From the NCBI RefSeq assembly GCF_009914755.1, contig NC_060925.1: a DNA stretch of 64,000 bases, one strand, 5' to 3'. Made by a program: the position numbers and the translations under genes. Under the pieces are notes generated by a model. It did not search any database and was not told where the DNA came from. It saw nothing but the letters and a program-made list of their open reading frames with translations. Positions within the stretch are counted from its first letter, which is position 1; each line of letters opens with the position of its first letter. Of the stretch, positions 1 to 12,804 are shown piece by piece. This DNA is from the human T2T-CHM13v2.0 reference genome, Homo sapiens.

Positions 1-614
1 TGTCATTCCACAAATGAGTATGTGAGGCTGAGACTTGAATATACCATTCGTCAGTCAGAGTTGGTTCCCATTCAACTTTCATTCTGCATGATATTGGTGT
101 TAAAGATTTGTGTTTTTAAAAGGTAAATTTGGTTATAGTTCAAAGGCCTTTCAGACATTGATTTTAGAATGCAGCCCCTGTATGTGATCAGTTAGGCTCC
201 ATTTAACAGGAATGCTAGACAGTCCTATTGGCAAGGAGGGAAGATAGGTGATCTTTAGCAGAATGACGTGGAGAAGGCTGCTGGGATACCTGAAGCAATA
301 AGGTAGCCTTTGAGCCATTCTTTGCACTCTAATAAGACCCCTTTGTTATGCTGGTTAGAATTACTCATCTGACTGCCTTAGGGCAGTCTAGTACCTGCTT
401 ATTTAGCAAGCCAGGACTTGGTAATATGAGAATAAAACTACTTTTAAATAGATGCATATATTAAATACAGACACAGGGGAATAAAGACTAGAAGGAAATA
501 TAATATGTATTAGCAGTAGTTGAATTAGGAGATTATGGGTGATTTTTGTTTTATTCTTTATATCGTTCTATATTTTATAAATATTTTGAAATAAACTATG
601 AATAGCTTTTAAAA

Positions 615-981
615 TTATTATTATACTTTAAGTTCTGGGGTACATGTGCAGAATGGCAGTTTTGTTACATAGGTATACACGTGCCATGGTGGTTTGCTGC
701 ACCCATCAACCTGTCACCTACATTAGGTATTTCTCCTAATGCTATCCCTCCCCTGGCTCCTGACTCCCTGAAAGGCCCTGGTGTGTGATGTTCCCCTCCC
801 TGTGTCCATGTGTCCTCCTTGTTCAACTCCCACTTATGAGTGAGAACATCAATGACAGACTAGATAAAGAAAATGTGGCACATATACACCATGGAATACT
901 ATGCAGCCATAAAAAAGGATGAGTTCATGTTCTTTTGCAGGGACATAGATGAAGCTGAAAACCATCATTCTCAGCAAACTA
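615..981 (-). mobile_element. 5'-truncated, 5'-inverted (twin-primed) L1PA 3' end (L1PA7/8-like)
   Basis: 615-849 is the L1 3' terminus in minus orientation (ttatactttaagttctgggg...gagtgagaacat). 847-981 is the adjacent upstream L1 segment in plus orientation (catcaatgacagactagataaag...ctcagcaaacta). TSD aaactatg(a/g)atagctttt at 593-610 and 976-993. Confidence 0.9.
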
Positions 982-999
982 TGGATAGCTTTTGTAAAC

Positions 1000-1520
1000 A
1001 GAATCATGTATTTTAAAATAATTTGACAATATTATACTTAAAACTGTAGAAATGCCCATTGTTTTTAACCTACTAATCTCACTTTTGAGGTTTTATCCTA
1101 AGAAAATGTCCTGAGAAGGAAAAAGCTATGTGTATGACTTTTTTCCTGCTACTAAATGATTTATAATTGCAAAGTCAGAAACCAAGTGTTCCTCAATAAA
1201 GGGATAATTAATTAGTTGCTTTGTGGAAAATCTTCTGCAAGAATTTCTATGCAGTCATTAAATATGAAAACTGTGAAGACAGTAAGAATCAAGGACAATG
1301 CTGTGATCTAGTGCAGTATGGGGGCAAAAGAGATTAAGGAGAATACGCATGAAATTGTTGCAGCCAAGGGAAATCACATGTATGTGGGAACCAGGCCTGG
1401 AAGTAAATATGTAAAATGAAAACAGTTGTATTGAGTGCTAGAACTTTGGGTGATCTCCTTCCTCTCTTTCCCAATTTCCAAATGGCTGGTAATGTTGTTA
1501 TAATGCCTTTATAATGAACA
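1000..1520 (+). mobile_element. Ancient L1ME-type 3' end fragment
   Basis: Degenerate L1M 3' motifs (ccaagtgttcctcaataaagggataatta; tatgcagtcattaaat). Confidence 0.45.
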
Positions 1521-2421
1521 TAAGGTCCATAAGCCCTTCCATATGTCCTTTCTGTAAATCCTTCAGGTTTAGGACTATACCAGATACATTTTCATGTTAC
1601 TGTTCCCACCATGGTGCTGAGCCTGGGCCTTTTCAGGGGCAATCAGTGTTGCTCCAGTCAGTGTTGCTGAGAAAGAAACCAGGTCTATTGGATGGCTTGG
1701 GGGTGTGGGTAAGAAACATGGTCAACCCGTGAGCAGGCCCTATGTTTGGTCAAGTTACAGTCTTACCATGTTGGACAGAGAATAATAAACTGATAAATTT
1801 GTCCAATGTGTGTGGACATATTCCCTGTAATTGGAAGTTCTTGGGCATGAAATGCTAAGGGTTGAGAACTCAGATTCTCCTTTATTTATTGTTGACTCAG
1901 GCTGTTCTGTTCTCCAAAGCTCACATAAGGTTTGTATATATGACAGCTTTTGATTATCTGTGCTATGGAAAGAAAAATAGGAAAGAATCCAGCAAGCATA
2001 TATATTGGTTGTGTTTATCCCAGGCATTGGGGCAAGGGGTGTGGGGTGTGGGGAGGGGTCATGGGAGGAGTAACAGGCGGAGTGGGAGGAGGAGGAGGAA
2101 GGGGACCACAGATATTTAATACATGCCTGGTACTTGCCAGGCATTATACTAGAAGCTTTTCAGTGTATGGCTCACTTACGCTTGAGGCCACATGCAAAGT
2201 AGGTATTCTATTTTGGGCAAACAAGGGAGTTGAGACTGAGAGGCTAGATAACTTGTCCCAAGCCACATAGGCTAGAAAGAAGAAGATTTATCTAGTTCCA
2301 AAGCACAAAAAGCATTGATTTTCATTCTCTGGGAACATACTAACTGATAATCCACAAAACTGAAAATTCACTTATCATTAGTCTTAAAACTGACTTTAGT
2401 CAGCAGGAGTTCTTTTATCAT

Positions 2422-2824
2422 CAGTGGCTTTCAACCAGGAGAGACTTCTCCCACTCCCACTCTTCCCTTCATAAATTTCAGATTTAAACTTGGAGTTGTC
2501 ATCCAGATCTTATGCACATTTATTTGATTTACATATGCTGAGTGGCTCTTAAATGTATGCTCAGTAAACAGACAGCACCTCTGATGCTTTATGTATTTGA
2601 GAATTCCTCAGAGCCACAGAAATTTAATTTCTGCCACTTCTCCCACAAGGGACATTTGGCGATGTCTAGAGACATTTTTGGTAAGGGGGTAGGAGGGGTG
2701 CTACTGGCATCCAGTGGGTAGAGGCTAAGGATGATGCACACTTGCTATAATGCACAGGACTGCCTCCCACAGCACAGAATCATCTGGCCCAATATGCCAG
2801 TAGTACAGAGGCTGAGAAATCCTG
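2422..2824 (+). mobile_element. MER20 (hAT-Charlie), interrupted by a 170-bp insertion at 2462-2631
   Basis: Starts cagtggctttcaacc, resumes gggacatttggcgatgtctagagacattttt...tgctactggcatccagtgggtagagg, ends gctgagaaatcctg; matches the recalled MER20 consensus. Confidence 0.85.
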
Positions 2825-3056
2825 CCATATCTTAATAAAGCCTAATGTAATTTATCCTCACTAAATTCACTTCCTTGTTTACTTACGAAATTAAGTTTCT
2901 GTGGCTCTGAAGAATTCTCAAATACATAAAGCATCAGAGGTGCTGTCTGTTTACTGAGCATACAATTAGGAGCCACTCAGCATATGTAAATCAGATAAAT
3001 GTGCATAAGATCTGGATGACAACACTAAGTTTAAATCTGAAATTTATGAAAGGAAG
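2462..3056. repeat. 170-bp inverted repeat (arms 2462-2631 and 2887-3056; 255-bp spacer)
   Basis: Manual alignment of the left arm to the reverse complement of the right arm gives 8 mismatches in 170 bp and no gaps. Confidence 0.97.
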
Positions 3057-5865
3057 TTACAGTGAAATTGCCAGCAAGAAATTAACAACTCCCCAAGTGT
3101 TACCAATTGTGGCTAACCCTAATCTGTATTAAATTCTACAATGAATAGCTAAATGTTCACTTGATTCCCAGGATTCCCATATGTAAAATCAGAACTTGAC
3201 TGTTCTCTGATTACAAGGTCAAATCACTAAATTTTAAGTTCTAACACTTAAGTTGTGTCTATAAGTAGAGAGTAAATTGCTTTAGTTTGCTGTTGCTTGT
3301 CTATTTGGTGGGGCAGCATGCATTAATTTTGTGACTTTTGTGGCATTAAGACATCTCTTGGTAAACTAGAGCTAATGAATTATTCAATACTTTGTGGTTC
3401 ACCGTAATTTTGTAGGCACAAGATTGTACCAATATTTGAAAAAGACTCTTAGAACTGCAAAACTGAAAAGGACTCAAGTGATTATCTAGTTTGGTCCTTA
3501 ATCAGTCAATCAACCAGTATTCATTGGATGACCTACTGTGTGTCCAATCCCATGCTAGGTACCACAGAGAATACTAGACAAGTATAAGGCATGAGCTTTG
3601 TTTTTAAGTAATAAACAATATAGCAGAAGTGACACGACAAAGGCACAGGAAATATTTAGTGAACAACTTGGGATATAAATTTTGCTGTACATACTGTCAG
3701 CAATGAAGGGGTCACAGAAGCCTGTATCACATGAAAATGCTGATATTTATGTACATTTTTGTCTTTTGCTTTACCTTGACAGATACCAGAGTTGCTGGAT
3801 CTTAGCACTTTCTTTTTATTTGCCTTGGTGTCTAGGTAGAGAGCCTGGCCTGTACAAGCCAACTAACAAAATGTCTACTTAATAGGTGAATGAATGATCT
3901 CAATAGGAAATAGACCTTAATATTGACCTTGAAGTCACAGAAATGTTTAAATCAGTGTTTCCCACCCCTGGAACATCAAAAGGGGTTAGTAAAAAGAAGA
4001 TTCCATGGTCAAACATATTTGGGAACTGTTGGATTAGAAACAGCTTTCTTTACTCAGAGCTCTCCACATGCATTGGGAATCTCTAAGATTTCATTTGTTT
4101 GAGATCATACTTATTTCACCATGGAAACATTTTTTACTGAGGATTTGGTAACATTTATTTGAATCAATATACCAAAAATGTATTGAGAATCATCTAAACC
4201 ATCCAAAGAAAATGGCATTTTGAGTTGACCAATGCTTTGAAAATTGGTATAATAGAGCCCATAAAACTGTGGTTTGGGAATTTTATAGAGAGAGGAAAAA
4301 GAAAGTTCTGTCCCTCTAAGCCAGTCATGTGTGAAGGAAAGACCTGAATACTTTTGATGTTTCACATAGTAGCTTTCATAAGTGGCCATTTTGCACCTCT
4401 GGTTTAGAGAGTACTACTTTGGTCTGTTGTAATGGTTTGAGCCTTGGATGCACATCTTTGAAAATCTTTGGATGTGTCTTTTCTTAATATTCCCAAGGGG
4501 CTTGTACTTTTATTTTTTAAATGTCTTTTGCCTTGAACTGCTCAATTGGGCTTGATGAATTCTCAGCAGGCTGCTGGCCCAGACCCTTAGATGAACTGGG
4601 ACAGCTGTTGTTTGTTTTTATGTAAATCTGCACTTGTTTTAATTTTGGAGGGTTTCCTGGCATAGTTTGCAATGACAAGGATCACTTATGGGCACCAACC
4701 CACTAAAAAGGTAAAAGCGAAATACTCATCATAGTAAGTTTCTTTATTAAAAGCTTTTTCTTTTTTAGTTTAATAAATCTTTGAAATGCATAATTGTTTG
4801 TTTTCTGATCAGCTTTTGAAACAAATCTTCCAGATACTAAAGAGTTTTTAGTAAAAGGCAAAGCAGTTTAAAAATAATTGATAGTGACCTGGGGAGTTGA
4901 GTGACATTCTATTGCCATGAGGATAAAATATAAGCAGACAGTGACATATTTTGTGAATTATTTCTATTTAAACATTTGAGCCTGAGGAAACAGTTGAGGG
5001 CAGAGCTAAATCCATTTTTGCAAGTAGCTTTGATTTTAAGATAAATTTGTAAAATAATTCCTAGTACATTGTGTCATGTTCTAGCCCCACTTATAACCCT
5101 GAAATTGGTACAACTCAGGCTGCACCTGAACTCCTTCCAAAAGAGCCAGTTATTAAAAAGACCACATTATAGCACAGCCTATACCAGGACTTCAGGATGC
5201 GGGTCCTGAGGGTGGCATGGTGGAAGACCCCAGTCCATTACCTTAAACAAATGGACACAATTCCAAAGTCAAGGAACCAAGTGGTTTGATTCTGTAGAAG
5301 TGTAGCAGAAATAAACAGGAGCAAAAATCTTGGTGTGTCTGACTTGCTGTAGTTTGTCTACATGGTTCTGTGACACATGGCGTACCCTTCCCCTCCAAGA
5401 CAGACTCTGTGACCTTTTGGCTTGGATCCAATCGACCCTTCTGTTGCTCTCCCCAGAGCTTGGCTTTGCATGCTCAGGCCTGGCAAAGGGTTGCTTCTAA
5501 CAGCTCTGACTGGGATTGCACCTCCCTGTTTTCCTCATCACACAAAGCTCTATTTGTGTGGCTACTTCTTCCCAGAGCTGCTGCCTAAGTTCTAATGAAA
5601 CATTGGGACTATCTCTCAGAAAAATTAACAAACCCTTTGGGCACGCTTCTTGTAGATGATATGAACTGGATTTAAGTCACAAAATCTGTGGCTAGTGCTT
5701 GGTAATTGCTCAACTTAATTCAACACACACTTAATGAGCACCTGTTCTGTGCAGGTGCACCATGCCTGGAACTGCAGGAATTACAGATGAATAAGACCTG
5801 CCTAGTAGGAGTTAATAGATAAGCACACAAACAGCTAAGCTGAAATACAGAATGAAAGTTTATTG

Positions 5866-6900
5866 TTGATTCACTTGTTTAGCAACTAGATATTGAGCAA
5901 CTATTATGCACCAAAGCACTATTCTAGATACTGGGGATATAGTCGTGAACAGAACAGAAAAATTCTTGCTCTCAGGGAGCTTAAATTCTCGTGGAGGTGG
6001 ACAGAAGACAAATAACAAATTAACAGGAAATGTCCGTTGGTGATAAGTGCTGGAAGAAATAAAGCACAGTAAGTGTTTTGGAATTATAAGTTGAGGCGCT
6101 AGTTTGGTCAGGAAAGGTCTTTCTGATGAGGCAATGTTTACAAAGAGACCTGAATGAAGTGTGGGAGAAAGCTATGCAGAAATGTGGGAAGGACATTCCA
6201 GGCAGAGTGGATGGCCAGTGTGAGGTCCTGAGGCAAGAACCTGCTTGGCTGAAAACAGCAAACCTGCCCCTGTGGCTGGGGCAGAGTTTTAGGAGATGAC
6301 AGCTGAGGGGAAACTGGAACCAGCTTTTGTAGGGCTTTATGGACCCTGGTGAGTTTGGACTTTATTTCTATGGAGATGGGAAGCCATTAGAAGATTTTTA
6401 GCAGAAAGCAACATGACTGGATATATTTTAAGAGGAACACTGTGGCTGAGCACACACAATGGGGACCAAGAAGAGAAACCGGAAGATCAGTTAGGCAGCT
6501 CCTGCAATTATCCAGGCGGGAGGTGATGGTCTGGGGCCTCATGGCAATGTAGCAGAGGTGAGAAGACAATGGAAGTGGGATATATTGGAGGAATAGGGTC
6601 AAAAGGACTTCCTGACAGACTGTGATGTGCAGGAGTGAGGGAACAGGGGGATCGAGGATGACGCCAAGCTTTTTGGCACCCAGCTGAAAGGAGGTGAGAT
6701 TTACTGAGATGGAGAACACTGAAGGAGGAACAGGATTGAAGGCAGAATCAAGAGTTTAGGTTTGAAAGTGTCAAATTTGAGATACCTATATACTGAGATA
6801 GCTATATTTGAGATACCTTATATTGGACATACACATGGAAAATTTGAATAGGCAGTTGATATAGACATGTAGAGTTAGGGGAGAGGTCAAGGGCTATAAA
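5866..6900 (-). mobile_element. L2 LINE fragment
   Basis: Typical L2 3'-end reverse-complement motifs (tattgagcaactattatgcacc...tctagatactggggata; gagacctgaatgaag; ccaagctttttggcacccagc). Confidence 0.75.
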
Positions 6901-9900
6901 TGTACATTTGGTAAATATGTAGTAGCATTGGGACTTGTCTGGCATAGGGAGTACGAAGAACGAGCTCGCTGAGGTTCATTACGTGATTCGACTTCTGACT
7001 CTCATTGTACTGTCGAGGAAGTTAAACAAATTTCCCATTTCTAAGACCCCCTTGTCCCCTGCTGTGACTTTCCTTGTCAGTCTCTTGAAGCCTCCCGAAG
7101 GTATTCTGTCTTATTTGACTTCCTGTCTCTTAGATTGTCAAGCATACACTTGGCACATCAGCGGATTAAGCAAACCATTCATCAGGTACCTACTATGCAC
7201 CCAGGGCTGTGCTATGTGCTGTGTGATATCACAATGTAGTAAAAGGCAATAGCGGGAGTCAATGTCATTATATATCAACCAGAGAGACCATCTGTCGGAG
7301 TGAAAAGAGGAGCAGTCAGGGCCCTAGAGTCTTGTCTTTGCTGCTCTGTGACATGGGGAAGTCATCACCCATTTGGGCTCAATCTCACCACCCAGACTGG
7401 TTATCTCTAAGTTCTCTTCTAGTCCTAAACTCCTGCCACACCAAATTAGCATTCATTACATCTAGGGCTGGCTGGGAAGAGATCTAAGAGCCAATGTGGG
7501 CTGGAGGACTTGAGTAGGGGCCCTGGATGTTTGTTTTACACTCACATCTATTCAGAAAATAAGCCAATTGATATCTCCTTGTTGATTGTCCACTTGTTTT
7601 TTTTGCAGAAATTGGTGTCATCTTTAAAAGAAAAATGAAAATTATATAGCTAATGATAGCTACAATTTCTTATATATCTTGTATAGTCAGGTATTATGGT
7701 AAATACTTTAAATGGATGATCTCACTTAATGCTCATAATAGCCCTATGAATAGAGCTTTGCACAGAGGAGGAAACTGAAGCTATATATACATGTTTGCTT
7801 ATGTAAATATCCAAAATCAACCAACAAACTTACTCTAACTTAATGTTTTACTCAGATTACAGTTTTAACCTAGAAATTCTCAAAGAAATTCAATATAATT
7901 TAGATTAAACTTAAAATTTAGACCAATTGAAATAGTTGCTTATCTAGAATTTTAAGATAAAATTTTGTTAAGGGATATTGCATATTAAAAAAGAATTTCC
8001 AAACAATCTCAGAATTTGTTTCTGACAAGTTGAATACTATTTGGGAATTGGGTGTAATTTTCTCAAAGAAGTGTGTACAAGTCCAGATATGCCATGCTGC
8101 TTTTTAATTCCAATTCCCTCCTACTCAGAGATAATGAATATTAATATTTAGGGTACATCCTTCCAGAATTGTCCATGGTATTCAAATTTTCATATTACTT
8201 TAGCGATCTAGAAGTGCTATATTTCACAAGCGCCTGGCCCCTCAGAGTGGATGTATGGAGAAGAGAAGGACTTTCTCTTACCCAGTTGGTAAAAAAAAAA
8301 AAAATGCAGTTTTGCATGGTGGAGAGGGGATGGAGTCATGGCCCTTGTAATTTTCCAATGTGATGGCGCTTGCGTGGAGCCACCATCTGTTTGCAGGGCA
8401 GCTCGAGTGTTGTGCATCTGATTTCAATAAGCTGGGCAAGCAGTTCCATCCTACAGCACATTAGCAGGCAGGCACATCTGCTCTGTCTCCATGCTCCAGA
8501 AGCCAATGGAAAGTTAGTCTGCAGAAGCCCACGGTCTAGCTTGACAATAGAAGAGAGTAGTTGCTGTTGGACCCTCTCCAATTCCTATGGAGGTCAGGTT
8601 TTGACCCAGAGCCTTTTGGAGCTTAAAAGCCAGGCTGGTATTGTTCTTTATCATTAGTTGTGTTGTCTCAATTAGAAAAAAGAAATCTATGAAGTCTGGA
8701 TGCAGAATTCTCAAGTCTGGAATTCCTCCCACACATGGAAAACAAGATTCAGTCAAGGAAACAATGCCACTGTGTTTGTCACCCACGTATTTGGGGATCT
8801 GACCACAGAGAATAATTTGCTCTTTATCAGAGCGCTCTTCACCTGGGATTGATAAGAAGTTGCGGCCAAGCTACAGTCAGGAGACCTTAGTCAAGTGACT
8901 CTGGCAGCAAAGCAAACACCTTGCTCACTGTGTAACTTGAAATGCATCCCTGCCGCTGGCAGGAGTCCCGTGTTTACTGTAACATTTGGAAAATTATCAG
9001 CAATAAGATGTTTTATTGAACAATGTTTACACAATGAGCATAATAACATAAACAAGTTAAGTATTTCAATGTTAATAAGGAAAACATTCCTTCATCTTCA
9101 GACCACAAGCATTTCAGTGTAGTAAAATGATAGCCCCGGGCTAGCTCTCGGTGACTTGTAAAGTGGCTAATATTGGTCTTCACCTTTCCCTGTTCCAAAG
9201 GCTGCCCCCTCCAGTGGGACCCCACTGTATATGCTCTCTCTCATTTTCTGGCCTTTCGATTCTCTCTTGGGGCCTCCCTTCCATGGCCTGCAGGGGCTCC
9301 CAGAATGGGGGCTGAAGCTAAGTCCTAAGGAAGCTTCATGTGAATTAGAAGAAATGCCCCTTTCTTAGGCAGAGGCCGCTCCTTGCCAGGGGCATGGTTT
9401 GGTGAGCTGAGCCCCTGCTCATCCCCTTAGCTAGATGCCCTAGACAGGACACAACCTGCACAGCTTTAATGGTGACTGCCCACAGTCCCTCTACCGAGAA
9501 TTGGACAGTGCTTCCCCTCCAGGCTTTCTCACTGACTCTCACTGTCTGGGCCAGGACCCTCAAATTATACTTTGCCAGCGGTGGGGATGGGGTCAATGGA
9601 TAACCCCAGGCTCCAAGGCAGTGTCAGGAAAAGGAGTAGCATGTGAGCTGTGCCGACAGGCCACAGCATAGGGCGAAGGAGGAAGCAAGACCTGGGAGGG
9701 GGCAAAACTTCTCTGCAAAGCAGCCAAGGGCCATCTTCATGTCCACCCACCTTCCAACAGTCTGTCTGCTCACCCAGCACCAGCCTCCACCCCTATATAC
9801 TCTGTGATCTCCAGCCACCTCTCCTCTTTGTTGTTACTTCTCTACTCTATGTAGAGCCTTCAAATAGCAACTTTCTGCATCACCACATCCCCACCTCCCT

Positions 9901-10527
9901 GGCAGCCCACCTGCTTGTCCCTACTCTCCCAACAGTAAGCCCTTCCGAGAGCATTTCCCCTGAGCCCACTCCTACCTGCTCCCCACTCCCAAACATGCAG
10001 CTGACAATCAGAATGAATTCAAGACTAGCCATCAATAGCTGGCAATGCCACCCAAATCACTTCTCATTCTTGCTTTTGGGTGGAAGCTTCCTGGAGACAC
10101 ACTGTTGGCCCAAGTGTAGCTTACAGCAGGGCTATGGACAGATGCTGTTGAATGGCTTCATGGGACTCCCCAGATTCAAACTCTGTATGTTCCTGCCTGG
10201 CTCTCACTAGCGTCCTGGTGGGGAGACATACAGGTCTTATTCAGCATTTAAGTCTGACTAAAGGTCAGCATAGTAAGTGGTTGCGTTCCACAGTGTCTTC
10301 TCCAGCATGGGCCAAGAATGAGAGTCACTCACTCCCTTCTGGAGCTGAGAGATGACCAGAGAGAAGGGAATTCTGTCCATCCAGGATGCCTGGTTTCTTT
10401 TCTTAACCAGACCCGGTGACTGGCCTTCTTCTTCAAGATTCTCCATCTCATAGCCTTGTCTGGCTGCTTCCTTCGCACCCTGCACCACTGCACAGACACT
10501 GTTGCTCTCCACATTCTGTATGCACTG

Positions 10528-10630
10528 CAGACACACACCCACAAACACATGCTCATACACACATAAGCACACACACATGTGTACATGTACTCGCACACAC
10601 ACATACTCATGTACACACCTGTACACACAC
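10528..10630. repeat. Degenerate CA-rich simple repeat
   Basis: Interrupted (CA)n/(CATG)-like tract. Confidence 0.8.
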
Positions 10631-11368
10631 AGTTTGGAAACAAAGACACTGCTACTGCAAAACCCTCGCCTCTGGGATGGCTGCTCATCCTTGCTTCCTA
10701 ACAGACTTAGTAGAACTCAAAACTCACCTTTTCTTTTGGCAAATTTCTTTGGAGAAGTGGAATGGTAGTGCGGGTACAAGGGTGGTAGCATCAGTTGTTT
10801 TTAAAACTTGACCAAATCATACATAGTATGAACTCTGACCCCTACTCACCTGGCATTTCTGGTGCCTAGAAACAAACAAAAAATTGCAGCAGTACCATCT
10901 CCTAAACCATGCCCTCAGCTGGGCACCCAGCCCTCGTTCTTGTGCCCCCAGTGGCCTGAGTTTTTCCTTATATTAAGGAAGAACAATGTCAGCCTAGCAG
11001 CCTCAGCCAGGCCCTGAATTCCTGAGGGGTCAAAGCCTGACTTGAGATCTGCCTGGCCAAGTGTCTTATACAGCACTGGGCAGGCGTGGGTGGTTGATAA
11101 ATATCATTAGATGGCAAGGGGGTGGCAAAGACCACAAGAACAGGCTCTTTCTTAGCTGCCTGGTATTAACTCATGGGGACGTTCTGGATCCTGGGAGAAG
11201 CCAGATGGCCCAGGGTCTGAAATAAACAGCCCCAAGGTCCAAGTCACTTGTTGACAGTGCCTTTCTGGGAATAGGCATTTGGTAGAGTTTTTGCAGGAGA
11301 AGGACCAGGCCTTTGGTGGCTTAAAGGGCAGTGTTTGTGTCACCCTCAGCCTGAAAACAGGTGGAATA

Positions 11369-11937
11369 CAATAGTTGCGCTTTACCCACAGGGGATATGT
11401 TCCAAGACCCCCAGTGTAAATAGTGCCAAATCCTATATACACTATGTTTTTTTCCCCAAACCTACATAACCTATGAAAAAATTTAATTTATACATTAGGC
11501 ACAGTAAGAGATAAAAAACAATAACAATAAAATAGAACAATTATAAGAAAATGCCAGCATCCCTACTCTTGTGCTTTGGGGCCATTATCAAGTAAAATAA
11601 GGTCTACTTGAATACAAGCACTGCCATACTGAAACAGTCCATCTGATAACCAAACCAGCGACTAAGTGGGTAATGAGTGACAGTCAATCTGACAACCAAG
11701 CAGGCTACTAAGTGACTAAGGGGCAGGTAGCCTAGAGAGCAGACAAAGGGATGATTCACGTTCCGGGCAGAAAAAGTGGGATGGCGCAATATATCATCAC
11801 ACTATTCAGAATGGCGCACAATTTAAAACATAAACTCTTTATTTCTGAAATTTACCATTTAATATTTTCGGACCACAACTGATCCCAGGTAACTGAAACT
11901 TTGGAAAGTGAAACCACAGCTAAGGGGGTGACCACTG
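11369..11937. mobile_element. MER44-type (Tigger7-derived, TcMar-Tigger) DNA transposon, probably MER44B
   Basis: Degenerate TIRs (caatagttgcgctttaccc... / ...gctaagggggtgaccactg) with TA on both sides; internal ttccaagacccccagtg and attaggcacagtaagagat motifs. Confidence 0.8.
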
Positions 11938-12755
11938 TATATGAAGCCCATGAAGTGTTGGTAAAAAATGGCTCTACAAAGCAGAAGGAGGTGGAAGCCC
12001 TAATTTGGAGCATCTGCTACTTTCTGCTGTGTGATTATCCGTAGTGTGGCCAATTCCAGGTTAGAAGTGTGGCCTCACTGGGAGTGGAGTTGGGAAGAGA
12101 AGCTTAGGGTGGAGCAGGGGTGAGCCTGTGTGAGCTGGCTGCAGTCCGCCACTATGTGAGACATTTTCTGGAGGACCTCTCTTTATCTTTGGAGCATCCT
12201 TCCTCTCCTTCTCCTGCCCACTTTTCAGACCTCAGATGAATCATCCCTTCTTCCAGGAAGCCTGCTCTGCCCACTAAGATGCAGTATGGACCAGCACGTG
12301 GAACTCTCCTTCATGACACTTAGCACGTGGAAATGGCCATTTCTTTGTGTGCTGACTGATTATCTTCCTGGCTAGTCTGTAAGCCCCGTCAGGAGGGAGA
12401 GAACTATGTATGGTTTTTTCCACTGTTGTATCACCAGTGGCTAGCACAGCTCCTGGTACGATGTTGGTGCTTCATAAATAGTTGATGAAAGAATGGAAGG
12501 AAGAAATGAACTGAGCCCTGGGCTGGGTGGGCTGTTACTAACACTGTGATTTTTAATCAAGGAACTTCATCCACCAGCTTTTTGGGTTTTTTTCCTTCTT
12601 TTTTTGCATTTATTATAAACAAAAGGACTGAATTATTTCCCATTATTCTTTCAACACTAGGATTCTATGGATTTTTGAGTCCGAAAGGACTGCAGTTCTT
12701 TAATGTTTGCCGTTGCCTCAGAAATGGCTCCACTTTTGCATGATGTGTGTATGGG

Positions 12756-12756
<1 letters not shown>

Positions 12757-12803
<47 letters not shown>
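12757..12803. repeat. (TG)n microsatellite, ~23 units
   Basis: Perfect TG run. Confidence 0.97.

Positions 12804-12804
<1 letters not shown>

Noticed and set aside
9650-10210. 186-aa ORF
   Set aside because: Non-ATG start, low-complexity P/S/L composition, no recognisable domain; antisense within the NGF intron.
10940-10956. CTCF-like motif tgcccccagtggcc
   Set aside because: Several mismatches to the core consensus; unsupported without ChIP data.
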